Below are positions 37,793 to 49,699 of a stretch of DNA of 64,000 bases, piece by piece (within the stretch, counting starts at the first letter, position 1; each line of letters opens with the position of its first letter). Both the position numbers and the translations under genes were made by a program. The notes beneath the pieces are model-generated. The model saw only the letters and a list, made by a program, of their open reading frames with translations, did no database searches and had not been told where the DNA came from. The stretch is from Camelus ferus. Lineage: Eukaryota. The stretch spans positions 80,230,001 through 80,294,000 of the forward strand of contig NC_045696.1 of assembly GCF_009834535.1 (NCBI RefSeq), given 5' to 3'.

Positions 37793-40056
37793 GTAGGTGA
37801 ACCACCGGCTCGCTTCACGAGCAGACACATATAGAAGGCTGGAGGAGAAGCAATATTTAAGATCTTCAAATCTAGACTTCACAGGAGGAAACTGGAGCCC
37901 TGAGCTTTTAAGTGATTTTTCCCCAAATTCACAGAAGTAGGGACAGATGGAACAGCACCCAACAGTGGGTCCTGGTCTAGAGTTTATTCCTCTTCTCCAG
38001 AAGGCTTCTTCTCTAGTCTAAACTTTTCATCATACATTGTGGAAACTGAGGCACAGACAGAGTAATGTGTTCAAGGTCACGTGACAATAAAGGGTGTCTA
38101 ATTTTTTTCTAAGTCAGAAAACAAAAGAAACCAAATAATGATGTTTTCTATTCTTCCCACATTGTTGATCTCTGGAATTAAGTCTGTATTTTTGTATGCA
38201 TATAGAGATGAAGAAAGAGGAAAGGAAGAGGGAAGAAAGAGATACTTTGAGAAATCGAAGGCGATGACATCTCAATTGACAGTTAGTAAATGACAAATTA
38301 CACAATATTATTATCTGCTTGTGAAAGTTGCTAAAATAGGATCTCTAGCAGAAGCTTTATGTTAGCTAGCCGTTTATTTCACTAAATGTGATGACCTAGT
38401 TTTACTTCCAGCAATGTGGCATGTCTAATAGAGTTTCTTCTCTCAGGCTGCTTCTACCTATCTGGAAAGGTCAGTTGAGAACACAGATGCGGAAAAAGCC
38501 TGTAAACTATGATGCACCATCATTGTTTAAAAATTACTGGGGACATTCCCAGGGTAGGGGGAGGATGTGTTTTAAAGAGGTGATTGTAAGTCTATTGTCT
38601 GGTGCTCTGTGTGCCTTTGCATAGAAACAGTGTTTGGGATTAGGCTAAAAAGTCCTCATAGCAAAAGCCCAGAGTCACCCGTGGTACTGCCTCTATGAGA
38701 AATGAACTCAGACTCCCACCTGGGTGTCCTCGAAGCACAGCTGCTCTGCAGCTGCCCTGGAAGTGTGGGTGGGGCGCCGGCTGTCCAGGAGACATGCTGG
38801 AGCAGCTGGGGCTCCTTCGGCCCAAGAGCCGAGGACCAGGAAAGACCCGGGCCGAGGGGAAGGGTCCTGAGGAACGGGACCCCAGAGACCCTAGGGTCAG
38901 AGGGGTGGCAGTCCCACGGGCGGCAGAGGAGAGAAAGTCAGGGCTATGGCAGAAATCCGGAGGCTGGGCGGGGAGTGGGGAGGTAGAAGCAGGGGGTTGG
39001 GGTGGGTGTCACGCGTCTCGTCCTGCCTCCCTCCCATTCCCCCTCCCTCTCACCCTCACATCAGCCACTAACTAGAGAAGAGAGCACTGGGGACACCCAG
39101 GGGTGCGTGAGAGTGTGGAGGGGAGAAGAGTTCCCCACTTTTGTAGGCACCCCGAATTGAACAATTTCCAGCAAACCTCCTGTGCCCATTACGTGTATTC
39201 TCTCCTTTAATCCTCAAACAGCTTTGTGAGGAAGGAATCATTCCTCACTTCTTTTAAAAAATAATAATAATAAATGGAGAAATTAAAGTTCACATCAGTA
39301 AAGTCACTTGAGGGAAGTTTCCCAGGGCTAACAATGAGCAGATTTGAATCCAGGCTATCTGATTTTTCTGTGATCAGCCTTTTATTCTGCCTCCACCCTG
39401 CAGGGGTTTTCCTCTTCCCTTTCCTGCTCCTCCTTCTTCCTGCCTTCTTCCTGTCCAAGACGAGGGGGAGAGAGAGCGCGTGTGCAGAGGCTGCCTCTTG
39501 CTTCCCCTCCCCCTCCCCGCACACCGGTGCCCACTGCACTGCAGGCAGCCGCCCAGCACCCCTGGCCCTGCTATCTGGCGTCAGAGCCAGAGACGGGGAA
39601 GAGCAAAGGCCTCTGGTTTGGGGCAAGAGCAGAGAGGAAGGGAATTTCTGGCAGTTGTGCTGTTACCAAAAGTGCCGGGAAGGTGTGGGCAGGGATGGGC
39701 CAAGCCCCACGGCTGACAGAACTGAGAGGAGGGGGAGTCTAAAGCCACGGTGAGCCACATCAGGGTCTTCTCACATAACAGAAAGCCTCGATTTCACTCT
39801 TTCTTACTGGTTTCCCCCACTGGTTATCACAAAAGAGTGATATGATGTGTTTAGTAAGATATGGGAATTTGAAAATATACTTCTGTGTTAAGAAGGTCTC
39901 AGCCACATTCTCAGAAATGAGAGAGTGACATGGTGCTACCAGGAAACTGCTGGAAGGGCTGTGAGTGTCTGTGGGCGTCCTGGTGGGGGGGTGCTTTACC
40001 CCTTGAGTCTTGGGTCTGTCCAATAATTTAAAGCCCCTGGACTCTATTACACAGCT

Positions 40057-40960
40057 CACTTATACACACACGTGAACGCAGACACACACAGCACACTTAT
40101 ACACACACATGCACACACACACACGCAGTGCACTTACACACACATGCACACACACACACAGTGCACTTACACACACATGCACACACACACTGCACTTACA
40201 CATGCACACACACACTGCACTTACACATGCACACACACATGCGCACACACACACACACTGCACTTACATACACATGCACACACACACAGTGCACTTACAC
40301 ACACATGCACACACACATGCGCACACACACACACTGCACTTACATACACATGCACACACACAGTGCACTTACACACACATGCACACACACATGCGCACAC
40401 ACACACACTGCACTTACATACACATGCACACACACACAGTGCACTTACATACACATGCACACACACACTGCACTTACATACACATGCACACACACACAGT
40501 GCACTTACATACACATGCACACACACACTGCACTTACACACACATGCACACACACACAGTGCACTTACACACACATGCACACACACAGTGCACTTACACA
40601 CACATGCACACACACATGCACACACACTGCACTTACACACACATGTGCACACACACACAGTGCACTTACACATGCACACACACATGCGCGCACACACACA
40701 CAGTGCACTTACATACACATGCACACACACACTGCACTTACACATGCACACACACACTGCACTTACACACACATGCACACACACACAGTGTACTTACATA
40801 CACATGCACACACACACAGTGCACTTACACACACATGCACACACACACTGCACTTACACACACATGTGCACACACACAGTGCACTTACACATGCACACAC
40901 ACATGCGCACACACACACACAGTGCACTTACATACACATGCATGCAGACACATACACAGA
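40057..40960. repeat. CA-rich minisatellite, ~27 units of TGCACTTACA(Y)ACACATGCA(CA)n
   Basis: Direct inspection; unit count by eye. Confidence 0.97.
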
Positions 40961-41334
40961 AAGTGAGGTCACATGGCCGCCACATCCTTCAGCCCCAGGA
41001 GGCCTGGGAAACATTAGGGTGACCTAACTTGGAGAAGGATGACTCCTTCCTCCTGTGCTGCTTCAGGTGTGGCCTTTTGTAGACGTCATCCGGAGACAGA
41101 ACTCTCTCAGACAGAGGACCACCCTTTGATCACCACTTAGGGACAGCTGCCTTGTGTTCAGCCCAGCTCGCATCCTACCCCACACCAACCTATGCTTGAA
41201 CAACTTAAAGCTGCCTAGATTGATGTCTTACGTAGAGATTTCCTGTCAGGTGTCAGCAAGAAGAGTCATAGACAATCTGTAGTCAGCTTAAATTTTTAGG
41301 GAAATTAACAAGCTTTATTCAATACTATTTGCAG

Positions 41335-41377
41335 ATGATTTTGAGAACCTATGAGGAAACCATTCCTACAATTCCAG
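41335..41377 (+). CDS. TNFSF10: TRAIL exon 3 (43 nt)
   Basis: MILRTYEETIPTIP(E); tttgcag| acceptor, |gtagta donor. Confidence 0.95.
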
Positions 41378-44300
41378 GTAGTATTTTTTGTTTGTTATTT
41401 TAATTTTCTACTGTCAACCTCCCATCCACTCATCCCACCTCCAGCCGCTGCTCAGTGTCACAAGCTACTTGATTCTATTTTCCTCTTCCCTTTGGCAGCT
41501 AGAAAGCTGAGAACCGAATCTGTGACCCACCTATGGTCTGAACTTGATTTCACCTGAATTTTACTTTTCCAATGTGGATTTTCCCCTTCACCTCAATTCC
41601 TTAATTATTTATTTTTTGCCTTTGAACATGTAGTAAATAATCCATCTAAATCCTTTCTGGAATGTGGCTGGAAAAAATTAAGGGCACCAAAGTTGCCCAT
41701 CATCTCTGCTTCTGACCACACCTAGGGTCCAAGCATTTCTTTATGCAAAAGTATCTTACTCCATCATCTCTTTCCAAACAGTCCTCTACCCACTCGAAAT
41801 TCTCATGCTGTGATCCCCCCACCTCAGCCACCTGCCTGTGTGTGGTCGGCAGCCGCCTTCAGTGTTTTTGCCCAGGCTGGCTTCGCGGCCCTCCACCTGG
41901 CTTCTTCCATAACCAGCTCCTTCTCATCCTCCATCCTCATCACCTACTTGTCACCTCTTCAGAGAGCACTTCCCTGGCCAACATTCTAAGTAAGATCCCC
42001 TGCCCCTTGTTGCTGTCACACTCGTCTTGTTCATTTCTTTTCTTTTCTTTTTTTTTTTTTCTGTCTGTTTGCTGATTCTCTACTGAAGATTCACAAAGAC
42101 AGAAAACATGGCTATTTCTCTCACCTCTCTGTACCTAGACTTAACTCTATGCCTCCAGCCTAGTAGATTCTCTTTTACCCCCGGGCCCTTACCTGCACCA
42201 TCTTTGGTGAACACATATCTGTGTGTATTTTATTGAGAAGAATTCACACTATATACCATTAACCATTTTGAAGCACACAAATTCAGTGGAAGTGCATTAA
42301 TAATGTGCCACCACAATCTCTGTCTACGCAGAAATTGCTTAATGCATATATTTTGAATCGATATGTAAGTAAATACAATTGATGAATTCAATCTGCTGTT
42401 TCTTTGCATTTGGCTCATCATAGCCCCATTTTCCCATACTCATGGTCGTTCGGGCCCAAATGCATGTACCAGAGACATACAGTCCTGGGGCACACCAGCC
42501 TGGCAAAAGAGAAACAGTTTTTTTTAACATATATTTCGTTAATGATGTCATCCTACTTTTCAGCTATCCTTTTCCAATACAAAAAACTCCCTTGTACTTG
42601 ATACCCCCACCATCCTTTATTAAATAGGCTTTATTCAATATGAAGCCAAGACCTTCTCCCAGGTCCAGGCATCCTTCCTGGTCATTTACTTGTAGGCAGA
42701 AGCAGTAGCAGGAGTGTCAAACACTCCATCTCATCTAATGAGGAACTCCAGATCCATGCTCTACAGTAGAAATATGTACAATTTTCAGTGTTGGAAGAAA
42801 AATATTCTTTTGTATTCATCCAAGTGGGGTGTAGAAATCATGTACTCCTCAGTATACCAAGAAGTATCCGTGACACCCAAATATACACATTCAAAGGCTT
42901 CTTTTCCAGGAAGTGTTTGCCATACTCCGTAGGAAATTTCCTCTCTTTAGAATTTGCTTTTAAATCTAGGCTCTCCCCTATCCTTTCAATGACCTCAAAT
43001 GCGAGATTTTTATAATTGAATTCTGTTGTTGAATATTTTAAAACAAAGTGTTAAGATCTAGGAGCAGTCAAGGCATTATGAATTATTTAACAATGGAGGT
43101 TAAAAGTAAATGGACACATCAACCTTGAAAGCTGGGCATCATGAGAGTAACATGTAATTGTACATCCCCGTGGTGTGTTTGGTCTTCAGTATTGTACAAA
43201 TGCCCACTTATCCAAAATAAGTGAACAATTCCAGACAGATGGAGAAATTCTCATTCCCATTCATTTCTGTCCCTGTGAAATTTTATCACCCCCTTTCAGT
43301 TTCTTCTTCGACTAGCCTAGAGTAAAGTTTCCTGTTCTCAGTCCTGATCAATTATAATCGTCTGATAACTTGCCAATCTCCAGCCATCTCACTTTCTATC
43401 CATCAAACCTTACTACGAGTCAATTTAGCATATCTTTTTGCTTCCCTGTTTAAAACCTTCCAGAATCTTCCATGTCTGTAAAATCCAAATCTCTTAGCCT
43501 AACACGCAAATCCTCTGTAGTTTAACTCCTTATTCAAGCCTGAAACTGAACTCCTCTGATGCCTTGCCCCAGAGATGCTCTGTGCATCCTGCCTTGGGGA
43601 CATTGTTCTAGATTTCTGGGAATGCCCTTCTCTGTCTGGCCCCAAGCCTTCCTATCCTCCCCCTATTCAGATAATTATTCTGCACCTCAGATGCTTCCTT
43701 GCATTTGTTTGTTTATAATTCTTTCTCCATGGTCCTAGAAGAGTACTGGCACAGATGTGATGGGCACTTTGATTTGCTGGAGTAAGTGGATGAAAGGGCC
43801 TTAGTACAAACCCTCCCCTGACCTCAGCTCTTCAACCAATAGGAACCTTTCCCTCCCTGAACACTCATCACCCTTTGTTTCTATTTCTCATAGGTAAAAT
43901 TTCATTTTCTAATTTATATCGTCCCTAAAAACTGTAAGTCTGTTGAGGACTCATTCATAGTAATCAGTGATTAATCTCTGAAGCCCCTGTAGGGCAGTAC
44001 CTTGTCCCTGGCCATATTTGCTTGATGAAAGCATATAATTAATCTTAACAGCCAACGGAAGCATCCTAGGAAGTGTGAGCTGATTTTTTAAAGACTAGTT
44101 TGTTGAATTTGTATTCTTGGATGGTGGTTGAAAAATGTTAGTTTATTATGATCTAATGAATCAGTGACTTATATGCTCATCTATGCTCATCATGACAATT
44201 ATGTCATTTCATGTTCCTTTTGGGATACAGGGGTGATGACTCTTGGATCCCAGTTTGGGTAGCATCTGTGGACAGTTGTTAGCAGCAGTGCTCCTTGAGA

Positions 44301-44803
44301 ATAGGTAGCAGCCAGCAAAGAGGAAAAAATAATTGAGATAACGCCAGCTGGTATCACTCTGATTGTTTCTATATATAACTCAGAATGGAAATCTGCCAGT
44401 ACCTGTTATTGTGCACTTGGATGACTCAGGAGGAGTATTACAAGTCCATATTTGTTATTTTTATTTTAATTTTTGGAAAAGGGCCAGAATCTTCACTTTG
44501 TTATATTCCAGTTGAACCATTTGTAGTATATGTTATATTCTAGTTGAAACTACTTCTGAGGTGCCGATAAATTATAGCCTAAGTGGCTGCTTAATCTTCC
44601 CATCTAAATTACTTTCAAATTAAACATACGCTGAAGTAGTCTGATCATCATACTTAAATGTAGGTTGGTTTTATGAAAACCCATCTAATCGACTTTGGAA
44701 GTCCAATGTGATCACGATGCTTGATTGACAAAAGCAGTGAACAGCAGTGTATTTGAGAAGCAGTTTGACAAGTGCTGATAATTCTTTGTCATTTCTTTTT
44801 TAG

Positions 44804-44908
44804 AAAAGCAACAGAACATTCCTCACTTAGAAAGAGAAAAAGGTCCTCAGAGGGTAGCTGCTCACATAACCGGGACAAATCGGAGAAGAAGCACATTCTC
44901 AGCAATAA
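44804..44908 (+). CDS. TNFSF10: TRAIL exon 4 (105 nt)
   Basis: KQQNIPHLEREKGPQRVAAHITGTNRRRSTFSAI; tttttag| acceptor, |gtaaga donor; phases fit exons 3 and 5. Confidence 0.97.
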
Positions 44909-46529
44909 GTAAGAGAAAACAATACATATATGGCTTAAAGAAGGGCTTGTTCCAAATAATTTATTCTTTTAACTTGTATCTGAAGTGTTTGTATGACTGT
45001 CTACAAAATGCTCAGAGGTAACTAGGTCTCAGATTGACTCTTTTCAAAAGCAAGATTATAAGATGAATAGCTCAGTTACTACCCGGGCATAACCGGCCTC
45101 AAGAAAATCCTGAACTGGGAGAACTTTGTCTTAGAGTTTCCCATACACACATTTTGTGCTTCTTTAATTTCTCTCTCTTTCACTTTCACCAAAATTTTCT
45201 CCTCTTCAAGGTTCGAAATGAGTTATCTATTTTCCCCACGAGTCACTAAGCCTGCCTAGTGGCACAAGGCTGAACCATAAAAAGTTGCCAAGATTTGATC
45301 ATTTCGCACTTACAAGAAATGTCAGTTTCAAATAATTCAACCAAACATATTAAGGCTAACTTTTAGCTGTAGAACAGGTGTGCGTATAGTGCAGTAGTTA
45401 GTGCATGGGTCTTTCTAACTACCCACATTGGCATCCCGGTTCCTCCTGACTTAGTTATATGTTCTGAGCAAATTACTCAATCAAATCAAGCTTAGTTTCT
45501 TCATATACAAAGTAGAGATAATCTTTAACTTGTAAAACAGTGAAGATTAATGTGAAATGCTGGTGAATAGTAAGTGCACATTAAGTAGTGCTTTTACTAT
45601 CATGAAATGTTTTGTCCAGGTTTAAAGAAATGTCAGGCATCAGTTAACGGATGAAAAGATTGTTGGGCTTTTCTGTTGGTTGGTTGGTTTCTGTTTGTTT
45701 TTTCCCCTGGGCAGTTGCCTTCATGGTATTCCTGAACTCGTGTTTTATAAATGATTGACATGTTCTGCCTACAAGTGAGATCATTATTCCACTATTACTG
45801 TTTACTGTTAATCGACTAATATGATAGTTGTTTTAAACTCTTGGAAATTAAATTTTGCACCAGTCATGGAGATGAGCCCAAAGTTTAAAGGAATATACTA
45901 TTTTAGTAGGGCCCCTTTTCATTCAAAGTCTTTGGGATTTAAAGATACAGAGATCTGAAAGTCTTGAAATCTGGGCTCTCTTTGCCAAACCTTGTATCCA
46001 GTCTTATTGTGGACTAGAGATGCCTTCTGCTTGGATGTTGCTTTGGCTCTGGGTTGCTGAGAAAGACCAAGGAAAGATCCAAAGAGACTCAAAAGAATAG
46101 CAGGAATTTCTGAGCTCTAGTCTTGAGGAAATAGATATGTCTCTTTTGGTTTCCTTCGACATTGGTGACTTGAGCTCACCAGTACAGGAAAGGAGGCAGG
46201 GCTTCAGGACATAAATTCTGCCCAGGAGTAAAGATTGCCAACTGAGTGAAGCATCCCTGTGATGCCATTCAGAACTGAGTGTGACAAGTGTGGCCAAGTG
46301 GCAGATGAGGTACACAAAGTAAGGGGCTCCCAACGGCTCACAATGACACAGGAGCCTCCAGATTTCTATACAACCAGGATGTAGAATCCTTGTAAGACTG
46401 AAGGAGCAAGAAGTTCTATATTAGATGGAATTCCTTTACAATCCTAACCAAAAAACTGGCTAGACACAGCTGTAGGGAAACTCCTTGCTTTGCTATAAAC
46501 TAACTACTTCTTTCTAAAACTTCATTCAG

Positions 46530-46981
46530 GCTCCAAGAATGAAAAAGCTTTGGGCCAAAAAATAAACTCATGGGAGTCATCAAGAAAAGGACATTCATTC
46601 TTGAATAATCTGCACCTGAGGAATGGAGAGCTGGTTATCCATCAAACAGGGTTTTATTACATCTATTCCCAAACATACTTTCGATTTCAAGAACCTGAAG
46701 AAATTTTGGGAACCGCTGCAACAGAGGAGAACAGAAAGAAAAACAAACAAATGGTACAATATATTTACAAATGCACAAGCTATCCTGACCCTATACTGCT
46801 GATGAAGAGTGCTAGAAATAGCTGTTGGTCTAAAGATTCGGAATATGGGCTCTATTCTATCTATCAAGGTGGAATATTTGAGCTCAAGGAAAATGACCGA
46901 ATTTTTGTGTCTGTAACTAATGAGCAATTGATTGACATGGACCAAGAAGCCAGTTTTTTTGGGGCCTTTTTAATTGGCTAA
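46530..46981 (+). CDS. TNFSF10: TRAIL exon 5 CDS (TNF homology domain; Zn-binding Cys codon 46823-46825)
   Basis: SKNEKALGQKINSWESSRKGHSFL...SARNSCWSKD...EASFFGAFLIG*; ttcag| acceptor. Confidence 0.99.
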
Positions 46982-47007
46982 ATGATCCACAAAGAAAACA
47001 AAGTGCC

Positions 47008-48670
47008 AACAAATCATAATAGAATTTATATGGACCCATCAAAGAACCTGAATTACCAAAGAATTACTGAAGAGAAAGAAAGAGGCTGGAGGAATAACTC
47101 TCCCAGACTTCAGACAATACTATAGAGCTACAGTCATCAAGACAGCATGGTATTGGTACAAAAACAGACGTGTAGACCAATGGAACAGAATAGAGAGCCC
47201 AGAAGTGAACCCACAAACTTTTGGTCAACTCATCTTTGACAAAGGAGGCAAGAATATACAATAGAATAAAGACAGTCTCTTCAGCAAATGGTGTTGGGAA
47301 AACTGGACAGCAGCATGTAAATTAATGAAACTAGAACACTCCCTTACACCATACACAAAAATAAACTCAAAATGGATTAAAGACTTAAACACAAGACAAG
47401 ATACAATAAACCTCCTTGAAGAAAATATAGGCAAAACATTATCTGACATACATCTCAAAAATATTCTCCTAGGGCAGTCTACCCAAGCAATAGAAATAAA
47501 AGGAAGAATAAACAAATGGGACCTAATTAAACTTATAAGCTTCTGCACAGCAAAGGAAACCAGAAGTAAAACAAAAAGACAACCTAAGGAATGGGAGAAA
47601 ATCTTTGCAAATGAAACTGACAAAGGCTTGATCTTCAGAATATATAAGCAGCTCATATGACTTAATAAGAAACAACCAAACAACCCAATCCAAAAATGGG
47701 CAAAAGACCTAAACAAACAATTCTCCAAGGAAGACATACAAATGATCAATAGGCACATGAAAAAATGCTCAATATCACTAATTATCAGATAAATGTAAAT
47801 CAAAACTACAATGAGGTATCACCTCACACCAGTCAGAATGGCCATAATTCAAAAATCCTCAAATGACAAATGCTGGAGAGCCTGTGGAGAAAGGGGAACC
47901 CTCCTACACTGCTGGTGGGAATGCAGTTTGGTGCAGCCACTGTGGAAAACAGTATGGAGATTCCTCAAAAGACTAGGAATAGACTTACCGTATGACCCAG
48001 GAATCCCACTCCTGGGCTTATATCCAGAAGGAACCCTACTTCAGGATGACACCTGCACCCCAATGTTCATAGCAGCACTATTTGCAATAGCCAAGACATG
48101 GAGACAGCCTAAATGTCCATCAACGGATGACTGGATAAAGAAGTGGTGGTATATTTATACAATGGAATACTATTCAGCCATAAAAACTGACAACATAACG
48201 CCATTTGCAGCAATATGGATGCTCCTGGAGTATGTCATTCTAAGTGAAGTAAGCCAGAAAGAGAAAGAAAAATGCCATATAAGATCACTCATATGTGGAA
48301 TCTAAAAAAAAAAACATAAATACAAAACAGAAACAGACTCATAGACATAGAATACAAACTTGTGGTTGCCCAGGGGGTGGAGGGTGGGAAGGGATAGATG
48401 GGATTTCAAAATTGTAGAATAGATAAACAAGATTATACTGCATAGCACAGGGAAATATACACAAGATCTTATGGTAGCTCACAGAAAAAAAAAGGTGACA
48501 ATGAATATGTATATGCTCATGTATAACTGAAAAATTGTGCTCTACAATGAAATTTGACGTTGTAAATGTAAATATTGTAAATGTTGTAACATTGTAAAAT
48601 GATTTATAAATCCATAAAAAATGTTAAAAAAAAAAAAAAAAGAAAGAAAGAAAGAGAGAAAGAAAGAAAG
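47008..48670 (+). mobile_element. Young 5'-truncated L1 inserted in the TNFSF10 3'UTR
   Basis: Perfect 17-bp TSD AAAGAAAACAAAGTGCC at 46991-47007 and 48671-48687; ORF2 C-terminus with CCHC motif [19 protein letters not shown]/(GAAA)n tail. Confidence 0.97.
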
Positions 48671-48687
48671 AAAGAAAACAAAGTGCC

Positions 48688-49400
48688 TCTGGAAGCCTGA
48701 CCCTTGGCATTTCAGAGGAATATACGGCAGAAATACTCCCGCAGGGCTGGCAAAATAAGCCTGAGTACAGGTGCGCCAGCAAAAAGACTCTACAACACAA
48801 GCTGTTTTCATCTCTCTGAAAAGTGACCAATGTATTTCAAGAAAGTAAAATTGCCAAAAGATCTTTGATTCTAGCAGTTTTCTAGCAGAATTTAGAAGAT
48901 TCTCGGTTTCTAGACATTTGTGTGGTGACGAACATTTTCTGCCTTTATCACCTTTTCTTGTGAAGCCTGCAGAAGGAAAAAGAGCATTGATCCCTCTGTC
49001 GTGTAGTGTGTCACACTGCAGGTTGCTGTGAGGGACCTCATTGCCAAAACTGAAAGGGAAAAGGACAGTACTGAGAGGTCATTGTCAACGTATGCAGGGT
49101 ACAAATGCAGTGTGCACAGTGCAGGGCCTTGGAGGACATGTCCTGTACACTCACATTTGCTGGGAATAAGAAAATTCCATTCGAAATGTATCATTTCACT
49201 AAGCAAATTCTGTTTAGTGAACAAGGAACCATTTCTGAATGACTTGTGCTTTTCACCACCAAAAACTAGGCTGGCCCAAAGCACTGAAGATACTCTGAAT
49301 GAAAGATTCAAAGGACTGACAAATAACTCTTTATACAGGATACTTAAGATTTCATTATATATTTGTAGTAAATTTTAAAATAAAAATTTATATAACTTTT
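48688..49400 (+). other. TNFSF10: Displaced native TNFSF10 3'UTR with candidate polyA signals AATAAA at 49379-49384 (also 49455-49460)
   Basis: Non-repetitive; blocks such as tctacaacac, gaaaagtgac, aaagatcttt, tagcagaatttagaaga resemble the human 3'UTR from memory. Confidence 0.65.
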
Positions 49401-49699
49401 TTAAATTAAGCCCTCTTAAAACATGTAGTTTTTGTCTCAATTAATTGTATTTGGAATAAAATTTGAGGCTTTTCCCAGAGTATTTGTTTAAACTGCCAAA
49501 CTGAGTTTTGTACATGCAAATGTGACTTTTTCCCTTCTAAACTTTGCCTGAAAATATCATAATGAGAGATACTTATGTTGCACAAAGTTTGTGAATTAAA
49601 AACAAAAATGTCCGTGTTATTTTGAAACAGAGCACTAAAGAGGGACATATGTACCAGACATTAAGATTTATAGTAAAGCAAATAGTGACCATTAAAGCC

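Noticed and set aside
39207..39753. Overlapping 139-159 aa ORFs in intron 2
   Set aside because: Expected in GC-rich DNA; partly MIR-derived; no recognisable homology.
40057..40960. CRISPR-like repeat-spacer appearance
   Set aside because: Mammalian intron; spacers are variable CA runs rather than unique sequences; no cas genes.
40060..41027. Long His/Thr/Cys-rich ORFs (up to 316 aa) in several frames
   Set aside because: Artefact of a stop-free CA minisatellite; open in most frames with no coding signature.
46595..46945. 116-aa antisense ORF over exon 5
   Set aside because: Typical shadow ORF of a coding exon; no independent evidence.
47325..48305. L1 ORF2 fragments as a functional or fused protein
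   Set aside because: 5'-truncated, in-frame stops (47658, ~47790), and downstream of the TRAIL stop codon.
48605..48625. Claim that selection inactivated the 3'UTR L1's polyA signal
   Set aside because: The two sibling copies also lack AATAAA at this position, so the ancestral state cannot be inferred from this window.
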